DNA of 64,000 nucleotides from Vicugna vicugna (lineage: Eukaryota). The notes below the pieces were generated by a model, which was not told where the DNA came from, ran no database searches, and saw only the letters and a list, made by a program, of their open reading frames with translations. The stretch is from NCBI GenBank assembly GCA_013265495.1, contig MU058687.1:2420001-2484000 (forward strand), given 5' to 3'. The position numbers and the translations under genes were made by a program. Positions 22,580-35,189 of the stretch are shown in pieces; position 1 is the first letter of the stretch, and the number at the start of each line of letters is the position of its first letter.

Positions 22580-24730
22580 AAATAAATCATTTATTGAAAT
22601 GAAGAAAAATGTTTTGTTTTCAATTATGAAATATTTGAAACATACAGAAAATGATATAAACAAATTCCTACATACCTAATGTGAATTTATTTGCTTTAGA
22701 ACTTTTAGTTTTTAAGAAATGTAAAAAGATGTTGTAATGTTATAGATATAGTATAAGCCTTACTCTCTTATCTTTTCTCTGTTACTTGTACTCAAAATAA
22801 TCAGTATCTTGAAGGTGATGTAAATCATCCTAATATTATACTTTTAATATATTTACTACATATATGCCTTCATAAATAATTTTGTCTTGTGGTTAAAATT
22901 ATAAATAGTATCAAATTGTTTTGATAGTCTTTTGCAACTTGTTTTTTAAACATTGTGATTTTTTTAACTTGTCGATATTCACATGTAAAAATTTAGTTCA
23001 TTGATTTCAACTGCTAACTAACGTGACATTGTATCACTGAACTACAGTTTATCTATTTTCCTACTGAAGGATAGTTAGTTTCTTCTCAATTTTTCTGCTG
23101 TTTCTAATAGTAACACATGAACTTCCTTATACAGATTTCCTATGTATTTGTGGGAGAGTTTGCTTTCTAGGACAGGACTTCTCAAACTCTTTGATCTCAA
23201 GACTCTTATATTTTTAACAATTATTGAGGACCCTAAGAGCTTTTGTTTAAGGGAATTATATCTGTCAATAGGTATCATAGTTACCAGTTTAAAAATTAAA
23301 ATAGATTTAAAAAATACACTTATTAATTAATTTAAAACAAAAATAAACCCATCACATATTAACATAAATAACATATTTTATGGAAAATAATGTTTTTTAA
23401 AGTAAATATACTAAAATGAGTAGCACTGGTTTTCACTTTTTACAAATCTAATGTCTGTTGTACTACACGTATTGGTTGAAGTCTATAAAGAAAATTTGGC
23501 CTCACACAGATACATAGTTAGGAAAGGGAGGAGTAATTTAGTAGCGTTTTTAGATAATTGTGGATATTCTTTGATAATACACCAAAACTCAACAAGTGGT
23601 AGTTTCTTAAAGATCAGTTGCAATGAGAAACCTGAAACCACATCAGTTAACTTTTTGTACTTTATTATGGCAAGATGCAGTGATCTATCTTGCAGTTTGA
23701 ATAGATCTTTTACTTATAACTTTTGTAACATCATACATTGATCATTTGGAAACTACTGGTTCACCAGGTCCTGTAGATCATCCTGATGCTAGCATACTTC
23801 ATCATATAATAGCCAAAACTTGCACTTGTTAACATCACTTCTGATCTTATCACAAAAGCCTTTAAAGGATGAGAAGCTGTCATGCTCCTGGTGGCAGATA
23901 TAAGTCTCCTAAAATTTAAAGGTTCAAATTTTATTATTGGCGACAAACATAATTTGTTGTTTTCTTTGACGTGACAGGTTCACTTTATTTTTGAGAAGAT
24001 ATCTGCCAAATAGCCAAACCTGAATCATCATAGTTTGAGTTGGTCTTTCAGGGAAAAATAGTGTTCCATGAAAAAACTGGCTGGTTCATCTTTCACCTCA
24101 GTCACATGTGTGCTTTTCCTCCAGACAGTCATACTCGAGCATTCAGCAGAAGGGCTTTTTGTGCAATTCCCATTTCATCACACAGAGTTTTAAGTAACAA
24201 GGACTCCAGGGTCAAGATTTTTAAAAATTAAAAATTCTACTGCTCCAGGTAGAACACTCTTTAGTAAAACTGTTTTCCCCCTACAAAGTGCATGGCAGTG
24301 CAGAATGCAATGATGACTGGTACAATTTGGGGCCACCGCATTGATTCACACTAAGGTATCAGCAGTCTTTTACACCATCAGTGCAAATGTCAACGCAGCA
24401 GAAGAGACAAATAACATCTTCGTATTATTCTGAAAAGAGTTTTGACCTTGTAGGTCCCCTGGAAGCAGCTCCTTTGAGCTCCGTAGGGGTCCAGGATCAC
24501 ACTTTGAGAACTGCTGCCCTACGGTATCTAACCAGAGGTGGTTGGGTATACACATTTCACCTTTAACTGTCACTCCCAAATTGCTCTTCAGGGTGTGTGT
24601 ATTAACTTTATTCCCACCAGCAATATGTAAGCATAATCAGCTCTCCACATCCTGATCATTGCTTAGTATACCCCAACTTATATTTGGCCAATCCAGTGAG
24701 TATGAAATAGTGTCTCATTTTTGCATTAAC
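22580..24730 (-). mobile_element. Old L1ME-type 3' end, interrupted by Charlie1
   Basis: AT-rich antisense 3' UTR up to ~23170; resumes after 24520 with TTCCCACCAGCAATATGTAAG...CTCCACATCCTG...ATGAAATAGTGTCTCATT. Confidence 0.7.
23173..24516. mobile_element. Charlie1a-like non-autonomous hAT transposon
   Basis: Terminal inverted repeats CAGGACTTCTCAAA / TTTGAGAACTGCTG; internal TTATTGAGGACCCTAAGAGCTTTTGTTT. CTA-containing flanks (TTCTAGGA / CCCTACGG) fit a decayed hAT target site. Confidence 0.88.
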
Positions 24731-25430
24731 CACATCATAGCATTTCAAAGATATTTGGAATGCTCTTTCAAATCAGTTTTTTAATCACTCACAGTTAGGT
24801 GGTGTTTATGGCACTCGCTAATAATTGAGGGAATTTACAAGGATCTAGATATAAAATAGAAAGTCTCAACATATGTTTAAGAGGGTTTTTTTTTTTCTTT
24901 CTAGCTTTCATGTTGGCAAAACATTTCCCACTTCTCTTCAATTTCCTTTTGCAATTTTCCAAATGAGAGAGCTTCTGGGGAATGCTAGTCTAGGGTTTTT
25001 AATCATTTATTTCCTTTAAACATTGCCAGCCCATATGTGATTTGGTTTCAGAATTGCAATTGATTACACTGCAGATTTGAGCCTTCAGGTCTCAGGGCTG
25101 GGGATGCTGCCTACAGTGGTTCCTTGCACCTTGTATGCATACAACTACAAATGCTCACCACGGATTTGTAGTTGCTGGTAACCTGGCTATGCTGGACTTA
25201 GAAACAGCAGATCAATCTTCAACATAGTGACTTTCAGAGGACTTTCCAGGATAAGTTTGAAAATGTATGTGATTTTTGCTTTACATGTTGACTTCACAAG
25301 CTAACTCTCAGGTAAGAAGCAAGGCCATTCTAAGGAGTCCCATGTGGGAGCCTGAATTAATAGGCATTGAGCTTCTCATTTATTTCAGTAGCATTTATTG
25401 GTTTGGGTTCTCAGCATCCATTCCTCTAGA

Positions 25431-25560
25431 CTAGAGATTGGCAAACTCTTCTGTAAAAATCCAGATAGTAAATATTTCAGGCTGTGTGTGCCACAGAGCC
25501 TCTGTTACAACTACCTCTCTGTGGAGTAGGGCAAAAAGCAGCTGTAGATGATAGGTAAAC
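25431..25560 (-). mobile_element. MER58A fragment
   Basis: GGCAAACTCTTCTGTAAAAATCCAGATAGTAAATATTTCAGGCT...AAAAGCAGCTGTAGA. Confidence 0.8.
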
Positions 25561-25561
25561 C

Positions 25562-25912
25562 TGTGCCAGTCAGGGTTCAACTGGAGAAGCAGGGGGAGAG
25601 AGAGAAGGGGAGGATGCTGGGGAAGAAAGAGGCCATTGGGGAGGATGAGTGGGAACTCTTGGGCATGGGCTAGAGCTGCTGTCCACAGGCAGAATTTCTT
25701 CTTGCGAGAAGCCTCAGCTCTGCTTTTATGACCTGTCAACTGATTGAATGAGGCTCATCCAGATTTTTAAGGCTGATCTCTCTTAAGTCATCTGATTATG
25801 GTGTTTAATCACATCTGTAAAAATATCATAATAGCAATGCCTAGATTAGTGTTTGATTGAGTAATTGAGGACTATAGCCTAGCCAAGTTGACACATCAGA
25901 AAAAACATCACA
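25562..25912 (-). mobile_element. MLT2-family ERVL LTR
   Basis: TCAACTGATTGAATGAGGCTCATCCAGATT...CCTAGATTAGTGTTTGA...AGCCTAGCCAAGTTGACACAT...CATCACA. Confidence 0.85.
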
Positions 25913-26286
25913 AATACCAGGCTTCCTGTGCATTCTGAAGGTATTTTCTTCCAACCACATGGCCATGGGCATCTGTGCGTACAAACAGGGAAGATCATCT
26001 TGAGCTTGGTAACATAAGCTCAGACGGACTGGACAGACAACTTAGCTTATAGGTAAATGCATAGTGAGTTGACTTTAAAGAAACCTTGGAGGCCATCAGG
26101 GCCTTGAAGAGGGCACGTGCCCTACTCAGCTAGGATAAGCCCTTGGGGTCCCTGAAGCTCTGCTTTCCAAACTGTGGGTCACAACCATAAATCAGTTCAG
26201 GGGGTGGCTGATCCACACTTTTTTTTAATGAAAGGGAATAAATAAAAAATAGCAAGTGTATTACACATAACAAAGGTCAGTTCTTC

Positions 26287-26288
<2 letters not shown>

Positions 26289-26318
<30 letters not shown>
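26289..26318. repeat. (GT)15 microsatellite
   Basis: Perfect GT dinucleotide run read directly from the sequence. Confidence 0.97.
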
Positions 26319-26320
<2 letters not shown>

Positions 26321-27476
26321 CTTCCCATAGCCCTCCACAGATTTCCTCTAGCTCTGGAGGTGTTAACACCCTTTGTCAGAAAGTGGGGCATGGTAAGTAA
26401 GAGGAAAGGTTGGAAGGAGTTGGGGCGGGGGAAAGTCTGGGGAGACAGAGGTTTGGGGAAGTCTGGTTGTGGACAGTCTGTTGAGAGGGAAGCACTGAAG
26501 AGGGGAAGGGCGCTGAGGACTGTCATGTCTGCTGGAGTCTCATCTTGTCTCTGGACTCTTGGCTTCTAGGTCACCCACTCTGTGACTTCAAGGGCTGATG
26601 GGGAAAGTGGAAAGATGAGGCAGGGCCTTTATTGCACAATGCTGGCTTTTATCTTGGTTTGCAAAGCTCCAAGCAAGGTCAGAAGACAATAGTTTCTATT
26701 TGCTTCATTTGCAGACAGATAAACCGAGGCATAGGAAAGGCAAGTCGCACAGAGGATTTTCCGTGGTCAACTGACTCCAGAGAAGAAGGAGTCCAAGACA
26801 GGCCGCTGGAGGCCCCTTCTCTCTCCATCGGGTCCATCTTACTGCTCTCCACCAGAGTCTCTCTGCATCCTGGCACAGAGACATCGCCATCTTCATGTTT
26901 TCCCCTGGACATGGCCCAGCCCCAGAGCCTCCAACTCCTGAGTGTACCCCAAACAAGGGGCCTAGTAGAAGCATGGGGCTGCCCAGAAGACAAGCAGCCA
27001 CGTCCTCGATGGCTTCTCTCTTCTGCCCTTTCCCATTAGGGGCAGTTCAAGGAACCACTTTTGGGTATTTGACCAGCCCACAAGTCATCTCTCTCTTTCC
27101 CAGGAACTACGTACCCTATCGGAGGTGGGCTCTGGGCAGCTATGGATGTACTGTAGGCCTCTTCACTCCTGAACACATGGCACACCAGAGCCACTTACTG
27201 GAGGGGAGCTGGAGGTGACAAGGGGAGTCTGTGGATGGCTGAACTCACAACACATAAACTTGGGTGCTGCAGGTGGCCTGTAGCATCCTGTGCAGTGGGG
27301 ACGTGGAGGCCACCAGTGAAGAGAGGCAAGAAGCAGCCCCAGTCTCTGCTTCCAGAACCCTCTGAGCTCAGGCTGCAGTTCTGCCCTGCAGGCCCATGAG
27401 ATGCCAGCTATCTTATAATCAATTCACCATTATTTTTTGTTTATTTAAACTAGCACACCCTTTACCTGTAAGAATC

Positions 27477-27850
27477 TTTTCAGCCATATAGGGGATAAAG
27501 TACTGACATATACTGCAACTTGGACAAGCCTTGAAAACATTATGCTAAGTCAAAGGCCAGAGGTAAAAGACCACATATTGTATAACTCCTTTTCTATGAC
27601 ATTTCTAGAATAGGCAAACCCACGGAATCAGGAAGTAGATTCGTGGCTGCCAGGGGCTAAGGGAAGGGGGAAGGGAGAATGACTACTTAAAGGGTATGGG
27701 GTGTCCTTCTAGGGTGATGAAAATACTTTGTACCTGGAGAGAGGAGGGGGTTGCACATTGTGAAGACATTGCATACCGTTAGAGTGGACACTTTTAAATG
27801 GTCAACTATATGTTATGTGACTGTCACCTCAATTAAAAATAAAAAAAGAA
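27477..27850 (+). mobile_element. L1MB-type 3' end with poly-A
   Basis: CCTTGAAAACATTATGCTAAGT...GACCACATATTGTAT...GAATAGGCAAA...CACCTCAATTAAAAATAAAAAAAG. Possible TSD AAGAATC on both sides; inserted near the end of an old MaLR LTR (~27100-27470). Confidence 0.88.
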
Positions 27851-28989
27851 AGAATCCTAACTGATACTTGTGGGGAAAGGGAGGCTTCTGTCCTTCCCAT
27901 GCACCCTAGGGCCTCCCCCAGCTGACAGGCAAAGGAGAGTCCATCCTTGACGAGGCCTGACCCTGCTCCAGCCAAAGGGGGCAACAGAAGTTCCTGTTTG
28001 CAGAGAGAGTGAACGAGGCCTCACCTTTCTCTCGCAGCTCCTGGCACCTTGTGCCTCCGGTCTGGCTGTGTGCCAGCCAGGGCCCTTGTCCGCAGGGGTG
28101 GATGGAAGAGCCCTAGAGTGGTGAATGGGCTGCATGGTCCTGAGCTCAGCAAAGGTCCCGATGTCCCTCTGATCCCTTTCCAGGATCAGGCCCACACGAG
28201 AGCCACCTCCCAGGTCCCCGCTGGTACCCAGTGGTCCCACCTCCTCTAATCAGGGTCTCTGGCTGTCGAGTCCGTGGCTAACACGGTGATTCTAACTGCC
28301 GTGTACTACAAATTAATTCATTCCTTTCGGCCTTGCTGTTCAGTAACTGGCTGTCACAGCGATCGCCCCAGGAGCTAATTGAGAGTTGCGATCCGTGGCA
28401 GTATTTCCATTAGCAGCATAATGACAGCCGCCCCGCGCACATACAAGTATACATGGAAGCAAAAGAACATAGGTACATCTACACACACACAGAAGCTAAA
28501 CACACCTACACACACAAATGCCCAGGCACACACCCCCACACACACAGCTGATTGGCCCCAGTTTGTTAGCACAGAGACACCCTGGAGATTGTGCTGCCAG
28601 GGCTACCCATATTTTGGGAGCCCCTGGGTGACGATGGAGCCCCTGTGAACATGGGACACTGGGAGTGGGCCCAAGGCCACTGTCAAGAACACAAGGGCCC
28701 CGCCCCTGCTGTTGTGCCTGGTGCCAGTGGGCCATGGGGACCTGGGTTCCTGGTTGGCTTCCTTCGATTAGAGGGAGGGACCAGTGGTGACCATGGCAGA
28801 GACTGAATGCCTGTACGTGGGCACGTGGTGAGGGTGGATGAGTGTCGGGATCAATGGTTCTCATTCCAACCAAAGTTGACTGGCTGCTTCTTCGTGCCAG
28901 GGAGTGCAGGTGCTGGAATTCATGGATTCCTTCAAAAAGTCCTTATTTGGCTGTGAGCCAGGCACTGTCCTGGGTGCTCAGTGTTTGTC

Positions 28990-29390
28990 CGAGGCCAGAT
29001 GCCCTGCTGAAGCTGAGTCTGAGACAGGATGTGAGCAAGGGGGGTTGCTGGGCCATGATCCCAGGAAGCACCAGAACGGGAGTGGAGAGTGAAGCTGGGA
29101 AGGGAAAGGAGGCAATTCAGGAGTGACAATGAGCAGGTCACACTGGGGACTCGGAGAAAGTGTGTACAGCTGGTCTCAGAGTTGCCTACCCCTACAGAGA
29201 CAGAGGAGCTGGGTGTTTACCCTCGGCTCCCAGTGGTCATCAGCGAGAGTTGAGGGGTATCCCCAGGGGCCTTAGCTCCTTGGTACTTCTGATCTAATCC
29301 CTGAGCAGACCAAGCAAGTACAGATGGGATGCAGGAAGAGGGGTAATTGCAGAGGCGAGGTGAGTGCAGAGGGAGGTGAGCCACACCAGC
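28990..29390 (-). mobile_element. LTR16-like ERVL LTR
   Basis: GAAGCTGAGTCTGAGACAGGAT...GATCCCAGGAAGCACCAG...GGGAAGGGAAAGGAGGCAAT, antisense LTR16 pattern. Confidence 0.7.
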
Positions 29391-29549
29391 AGCCTTGTCC
29401 TAGGTGGCGCATAAGGCAGACCCAATCCCTTCCACAAGCTTGTTTCAGATGAATAAAACCAGGGAGTCAAGTTCAGGAGTTAGGATGCAGTGACTCAGAG
29501 CTGGGCTCTGGTGTCTGGTGGAGCAGGGTAGAGGATGCTCTGGCGGTGA

Positions 29550-29900
29550 GCTCTTCCTCCTGCTGGTGCTCCTCAAGGCTCCATCCAGGGGCCTTTATTT
29601 CTCACCCTGTAGAATCTCCTTCAGCCAATCCCCTGCACTCTAGCCTCAGCTGCCTCTGTAGACAGGTGACCCCACTCAGATAACTCTAGCCCAGCCTCTC
29701 CGCCAAGCCCCAGTGCTGTGTGTCCAGCTCCCTATCTGACATCCCCACTTGGAAGTGGTGAGGGCACGAGACACCAAACAAGGTCGAAACTAAACTCACC
29801 ACGCCCCCACCTCCACAGACATCTGGTCCCCTTTAATGTTCCCCCCATCTCCGACTGTAGCTGTCATTCTGCTTCTCAAGCTTGAAGTCCAGGATCCAAA
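29550..29900 (+). mobile_element. L2 ORF2 fragment
   Basis: CCTCAAGGCTCCATCC...CTCTAGCCCAGCCTCTC...TGTCCAGCTCCCTATCTGACATCCCCACTTGG. Confidence 0.7.
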
Positions 29901-30245
29901 AGGGAATATGAGTACTGTTTACTCAAAGAAGGGGGATGGAAGCCAAGGGCAGGGGCCACAAACAACAAACTGCCATTCTGTTTCTGCAGCAGGTGGGCTT
30001 TGCTGAGGGCCAGCAGGACCCCTGGATGGAAGGCCATGGAGATCTGTCACCACAAGCCACTTGCTGTGTGTTGTAGCCATCTGAACAGAGCTCTGGCTCT
30101 GCCTCACTTGTTCCAGAGTCCACTGCACAGGTGCAGGGCCACACCTTGCATGCATGTGATGCAGGGGTGGGGGTGGAGGGGAGAGATTGGGGTCCTTCTG
30201 CTTTCCCCAGGATTCCATTTGTGGGTCATAGTGCCTCTCACTTGG

Positions 30246-30450
30246 TGTACTGGGTTGACAGTGTTTCCCCAAATGCATATCCACGTAGAACCTCAGAATG
30301 TGACCTTATTTGGAAATAGGCTTTTTCCAGATGTAATTAGTTAAAATGAGGTCACACTGGATTAGGGAGTGCCCTAGATCCAATATGACTGGTATCCTTA
30401 TAAGAAGAGGAGAGGGCACCCCAAAGATGTGCACGTCCTAATCCTCGGAG
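30246..30450 (+). mobile_element. MaLR LTR 5' fragment (MLT1B/C-like)
   Basis: AACCTCAGAATGTGACCTTATTTGGAAATAGG...GATGTAATTAGTTAAAATGAGGTCA...CCTTATAAGAAGAGG. Confidence 0.85.
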
Positions 30451-32599
30451 AATGACTGATTTCTCTAACAGCCAGTAATTGAGCACGCACCATGGTTGGC
30501 ACTGATCTAGACCCAGGAGGAGCAGTGGCAAACAAAGTGAGATAAACCCCTGTCCAGGAGTGGCATTGGTCCTGCTGACATTGATGTGAACACATGTACA
30601 TCTGAACAAGGCTTTACGGTCTTCAGAGGCCTTCTGTAACTGCACGTGGCAGGCTGCCCCACCCCCTAGGGAGGACATTGAGGCCCAGGCAGGGGAGACA
30701 TCACTTTCTTCATTGGACCCCCTAGATGAGGTCTTGCTCTAGAGGGACACATCCTCTATCCAATCAACTGGGTATTTACACACACATAGCCTCACTGGAA
30801 ATGAGCTCACAATCCAAAATTACAAAGTGCATGAGGAAATAATCTACCATGGCTGAACACTGGCAGAACACTGGCAGACTAAGAGATGGTAAGATCAGAT
30901 CCTCAAGAAACTCAAATAAAAAGACTATAAGCACAACTCTGGGAATACACTAAAATCCATCCACTGAGTTGTGCTCTTTAAAAGGGTAAATTTTATGGCA
31001 TGTGAATTATATCTCAATAAAGCTGTTATTAAAGAAAAAGAAACATATACATATATTTAAAATGATTAAAGTCACATTATCTTCCTGTGGGACTATTTAT
31101 GAATTAGAGAAAATATATAATTGGCAAAAAAGTAGTAAGTAGCATTAATTATAGTTATTCAGTGATTATTAATTTATCCTCATTTCCACATTTCCTAAGC
31201 TCTTTATCATTTATCAAAATGTACCTGTGTTGTGTCCCATTCTATTAATGCCTTAATACCATATTTCCTCAGTTCCAAAGTGCCAACAATTGTAACACAA
31301 ACCATCAATTCAATACAAGTTGTTTTAATAAAGCAATCTATCAAATGTACTTATCTATTGTAAGTTGCACTCTGATTTTAGAAATATAAAAAAATGAGAA
31401 AGACACATTTAAATGTATAGTATCTGATAAAGTGAATTGTGGTAATGTGATAATGGATGCTCCTGAGTAGCTGACTTCATGTTTCATGACTCTAAATCCT
31501 AGATTATCTGAAGGCTGGCAGCTAGAGACTAGCAATGTCAGAGGCTGGAGCAGGACACTGTGTCACAGTCGAGCACGTTTGTCCCCAAGCAGTGGAGCCC
31601 ACGAGTCTGAAGCAGGAAGGGAGGGACAACTCACAGGCTCCACAGGGAACTGTTTCTGTAGGAGGTAGGTGTGATCCAGTCCAGTGCTGCATCTGTCCCT
31701 CAAGGACCCAATACTACTCAGTGTTTGGTGTTATCAGCCTTCCTGAGGCTCCTCCTCCTTCCTGGGTCTCAATCTCCCTGACTGTAAAATGGAAATGAAC
31801 CAGACTTTCTGATGGACCATAACAAGTAAAGGCTTTTGTGGCTCAAAGTTTGGCAGAATGAAGTTCTCTTTCTTCCTCACCTGCTCTGATCCTCCCCATG
31901 AGAGAGGATCCACTCTACAGGAGAGAACATGGTGCCTAAAGATGGTGCCCACTGTGAAGATTTCAAGGATCCATTATTGGCCAGGTCTGTGAGGCCGGGG
32001 CCTGTAGGGAGGGCAGCGGGAGAAAAAGGGAAGGGACAGGGAGACAAAGGGAGAAAGGATTTGCTGGTGCCCATCCACAGCTGATTCTGACCACCCTGAA
32101 AGACCATCTAATGGTGGTGATCTAACAATGGGATTTAACTACACATGGCATAAAGCACTGTCACAGCAGTACGTGTGACATTCAACCCCCTTCATCCACG
32201 GTGATAAAGCAGGAGAGCCTAGGCCATCAAGCCAAGGGTCTTAGTATGTGCGGGTGTCTCTCAAACTTCCGCAAGCACACAGGTCACCTTTGTTCACTCA
32301 TTCAGTTTCCATTCATTCAAGGATCCAACAAATACTTATCGGGCACTTACTATATGCTAGACAATGTTCTAAGTGCTGGAGCGACAGTAGGAAAAAAAAA
32401 TAGAACACAGAGCTTAGATTCTAAATAAACACACATATGATTGAATCAGTTAATTAGTGGTGGAAGCTTGTGGTTTAGTGCAAAATAATAATAAAGATGC
32501 AACAAAACAAAATCTCTCCTCTGACAATTTACCTTGCAAACTCAAGCTCCACTATTTGTTCATTTGAAGAAGAGGGCAGGGAAGATTGGGAGGAAAGGG

Positions 32600-32775
32600 A
32601 ACTTGGGCCTGTGCCTTGACTTCTCTGGCCTTCAGGTTCTTTAAAGAAGGAGCCTATACTAACTTTACATGAGCATTGTGAGGATTAAATTAGAAAATGA
32701 ACCCAAATCACCTGGTCCAAATGCCTGGCACATAGTAGGCCCCTGAGATACGGTGGCGGCTATCATTTTATTATT
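32600..32775 (+). mobile_element. MIR SINE 3' half
   Basis: TTGTGAGGATTAAATTAGA...TGCCTGGCACATAGTAGG. Confidence 0.75.
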
Positions 32776-32865
32776 AGTGATCAAAGTGTGAAAGCGCAGC
32801 TGGTGGGGCCTTCCTCACCCCTCCCCGCCCCCTTCCCCCCACCTCCGGAGCCCTCCACACCGCCC

Positions 32866-32883
32866 NNNNNNNNNNNNNNNNNN
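32866..32883. other. Assembly gap (18 N) in a C-rich tract
   Basis: Run of n characters flanked by C-rich sequence. Confidence 0.99.
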
Positions 32884-32959
32884 ACCCTCCGCCCTGCACC
32901 CGAGCCCTCCATCCCCCATCACCCTTGCCTCCTGGAGCCACAAGGCTACCCTGATGAGC

Positions 32960-33300
32960 TGTGCAGCTTACTGTGAAATGCACTGCATTTTCTCCCCAGC
33001 TGCCTCCTGATTGCAGTATTTACTTTTAATCTCCTGTGCCTCAATGCCCGATAAAAACTTTGTCACATTAGATGGTGACAGATGGGGGAGAGAAGGGGGG
33101 TAGCCCTGCGAGGGAGCATCCGGGCCGCTCAACAATCCTTCACCACGCCAATTACGTCCTTCGGTGCTCCCCGGCGTGGGCACCCATGTCAGCGCAGAGG
33201 GAAATGGAAAAGCATAAATAAAGACAAAACCAGGCTCGGCGAGGCTTTAATCTGCAGAATAACATTTCTCATTTGTGTGAAATATCACTGGATTCTCTCC
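32960..33300. promoter_or_regulatory. Candidate conserved non-coding element
   Basis: Repeat-free block with unusual CpG retention, TGTCA/TGACAG sites, CAATTA, CATAAAT and TTAATC motifs. Confidence 0.45.
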
Positions 33301-33804
33301 CTATGCTCCGGGGGCACACATGAGTGCACACGCACGCCTTGGGAGGGCGACAGGGGTTCCCAGCTCCCTGTGGGTCAGTTAACCATGTGTAGCATGCCTC
33401 CTCAGAGCTGGGTTAACCCACCTCATGTCCCTAACTGGGCTGTCAGGGACGATCGCTGCTTCGTGTCTGCAGGGCACACAGTGGAGGAAAGAAGACGAGA
33501 ACTGACGGAAAGAGGTATGTAAGTGGTTCAGAAATTATCAGATGAGCGTGCACGGGAGAAGGACCAAGCGATCAGCTTTGGCTCTGTTTTCACAATAATG
33601 GAATAATTATCTCATAAACATATATGATTGGTGCCTAACACTTTCCAAACCTCTTTCATTCACAGGTAGACTTCCTGATCCTCAACAACGCTGTGAAGCA
33701 ATTTAAAACCCTCACATATGTGGAGAGCTTTTCCAAATATGCCTGTTCTCGCTTTCATTAAGGAAGTGTGGCCTGGAAAATCGTGCTTTGACACACTCTT
33801 CCAC

Positions 33805-34165
33805 GCTACCCCTCCAGAGCTGCTGTGACGAAGTACCACAGTCTGGCTTACAACAGTAGACGTTCTTTCTCATAGTTCTCATAGTTCAAGACGCTGGCAG
33901 GGCCACGCTCCCTCTGAAGGCCCTAGGGGAGGGACTTCCTTGTGTCTCCCAGCTTATGGAAGCCCCAGATGTCCTTGGCTTGTGGCAGCCTAACTCCAGT
34001 TTCTGCCACCCTCTTCACAAGGCTGTCTCTCTGTCTATGTCCAAAATCCTCTTTTATAAGGACACTAATCATATTGGAGTTAGGGCCCCTCTTAATGACC
34101 TCATCTTGACTTGATTATACCTGCAAGAAAAATCACATTCACAGGTATAGAGTTTAGGACTTAAC
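33805..34165 (-). mobile_element. MaLR LTR (MLT1B/C-like)
   Basis: GCTGCTGTGACGAAGTACCACAG...GGCAGGGCCACGCTCCCTCTGAAGG...TATAAGGACACTAATCATATTGGA. Confidence 0.85.
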
Positions 34166-35189
34166 AGCCCTAACTCCCAGCAGCAGGTCCCAGGAGATCA
34201 TGGCCTGGCCCCAAAGCACAGATGCCACTCAGTCCTCTGGTGGCAACTTCTATTTTGCCCTCCAGAGCAGAGAGAGAATGGCTGGCACTTTGACTGGGCT
34301 TCCAACTAAAGGACAGAGAGAGCCCAGTTCAAGAGGCATAGAAACCTGGGGAATCCAGAGGCCCAATTGCTAATACCCACACCTCCTTTCCCAGTGAGGA
34401 TAGGGTGCTTGTCCCCTGGAGCAGCCCCCAGGAGCACCTTGGCTCTGATCATCTATGGGCACAATGAGGCCTTCACCTGTTCTGAGGGTAGGGGCTGGGG
34501 TTGGGGGAGCAGTAGAGGGTTCCCTGGACTGGCCCCTCTTTGTTCTCCTTAACTTGGATGTCTGCATGAGAAGCTGCGAGACAGCTATGGAAAGAGACAG
34601 AGACAAAGACAGAGAAGCAGACTATTTAGCAGGCTGACAAGACCTCCAGTGAGAGCGTAGACTGGAAAAAGGGTGACTCCCTACTAATGTTTTTAAGTAG
34701 CTATGTATTTTTATGTTTCACAAAACTACCCACAGTTTATTCTCATATAGATTTAAATCTTCTGAAATAGTCCCTCTCCTGCCTTCATAAGATCCTGCAT
34801 TAAAAGCCACCTTCAGGATTGGTGCTTGAATCCACATGTGTGGAGTTCAGACTGAGATCACAGAAAACAATGCCACTATAGTGTTTCTCCAAGTGTGACA
34901 GGGGAACAGGTGATACAGAAAGCTAGGGTTCCTGGTTAAAGTTTGGATTCCTGGATCTCTCAGGATGTTCTCAGAGTGCCTCTTTCTTAATGGTTGTCCT
35001 TCCACCAAATTCCAAGAACTGGGTCTCGCTGGTTCTAGTTTTTCTGGCTTCAGTCATGTTCCATCCTGAGCCAATCGCTGTGGCCAGAGGTGGGGGCAAG
35101 AACAGAAAGCTTTGTCAACCAAGACAACTGGAGAGCAAAGGAGGGCATTTGCCAAGGAGAAAGTGATCATGATGGGAGACCAATTTTGA

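Noticed and set aside
23173..24516. Possible domesticated hAT transposase
   Set aside because: Non-autonomous size with only short broken ORFs.
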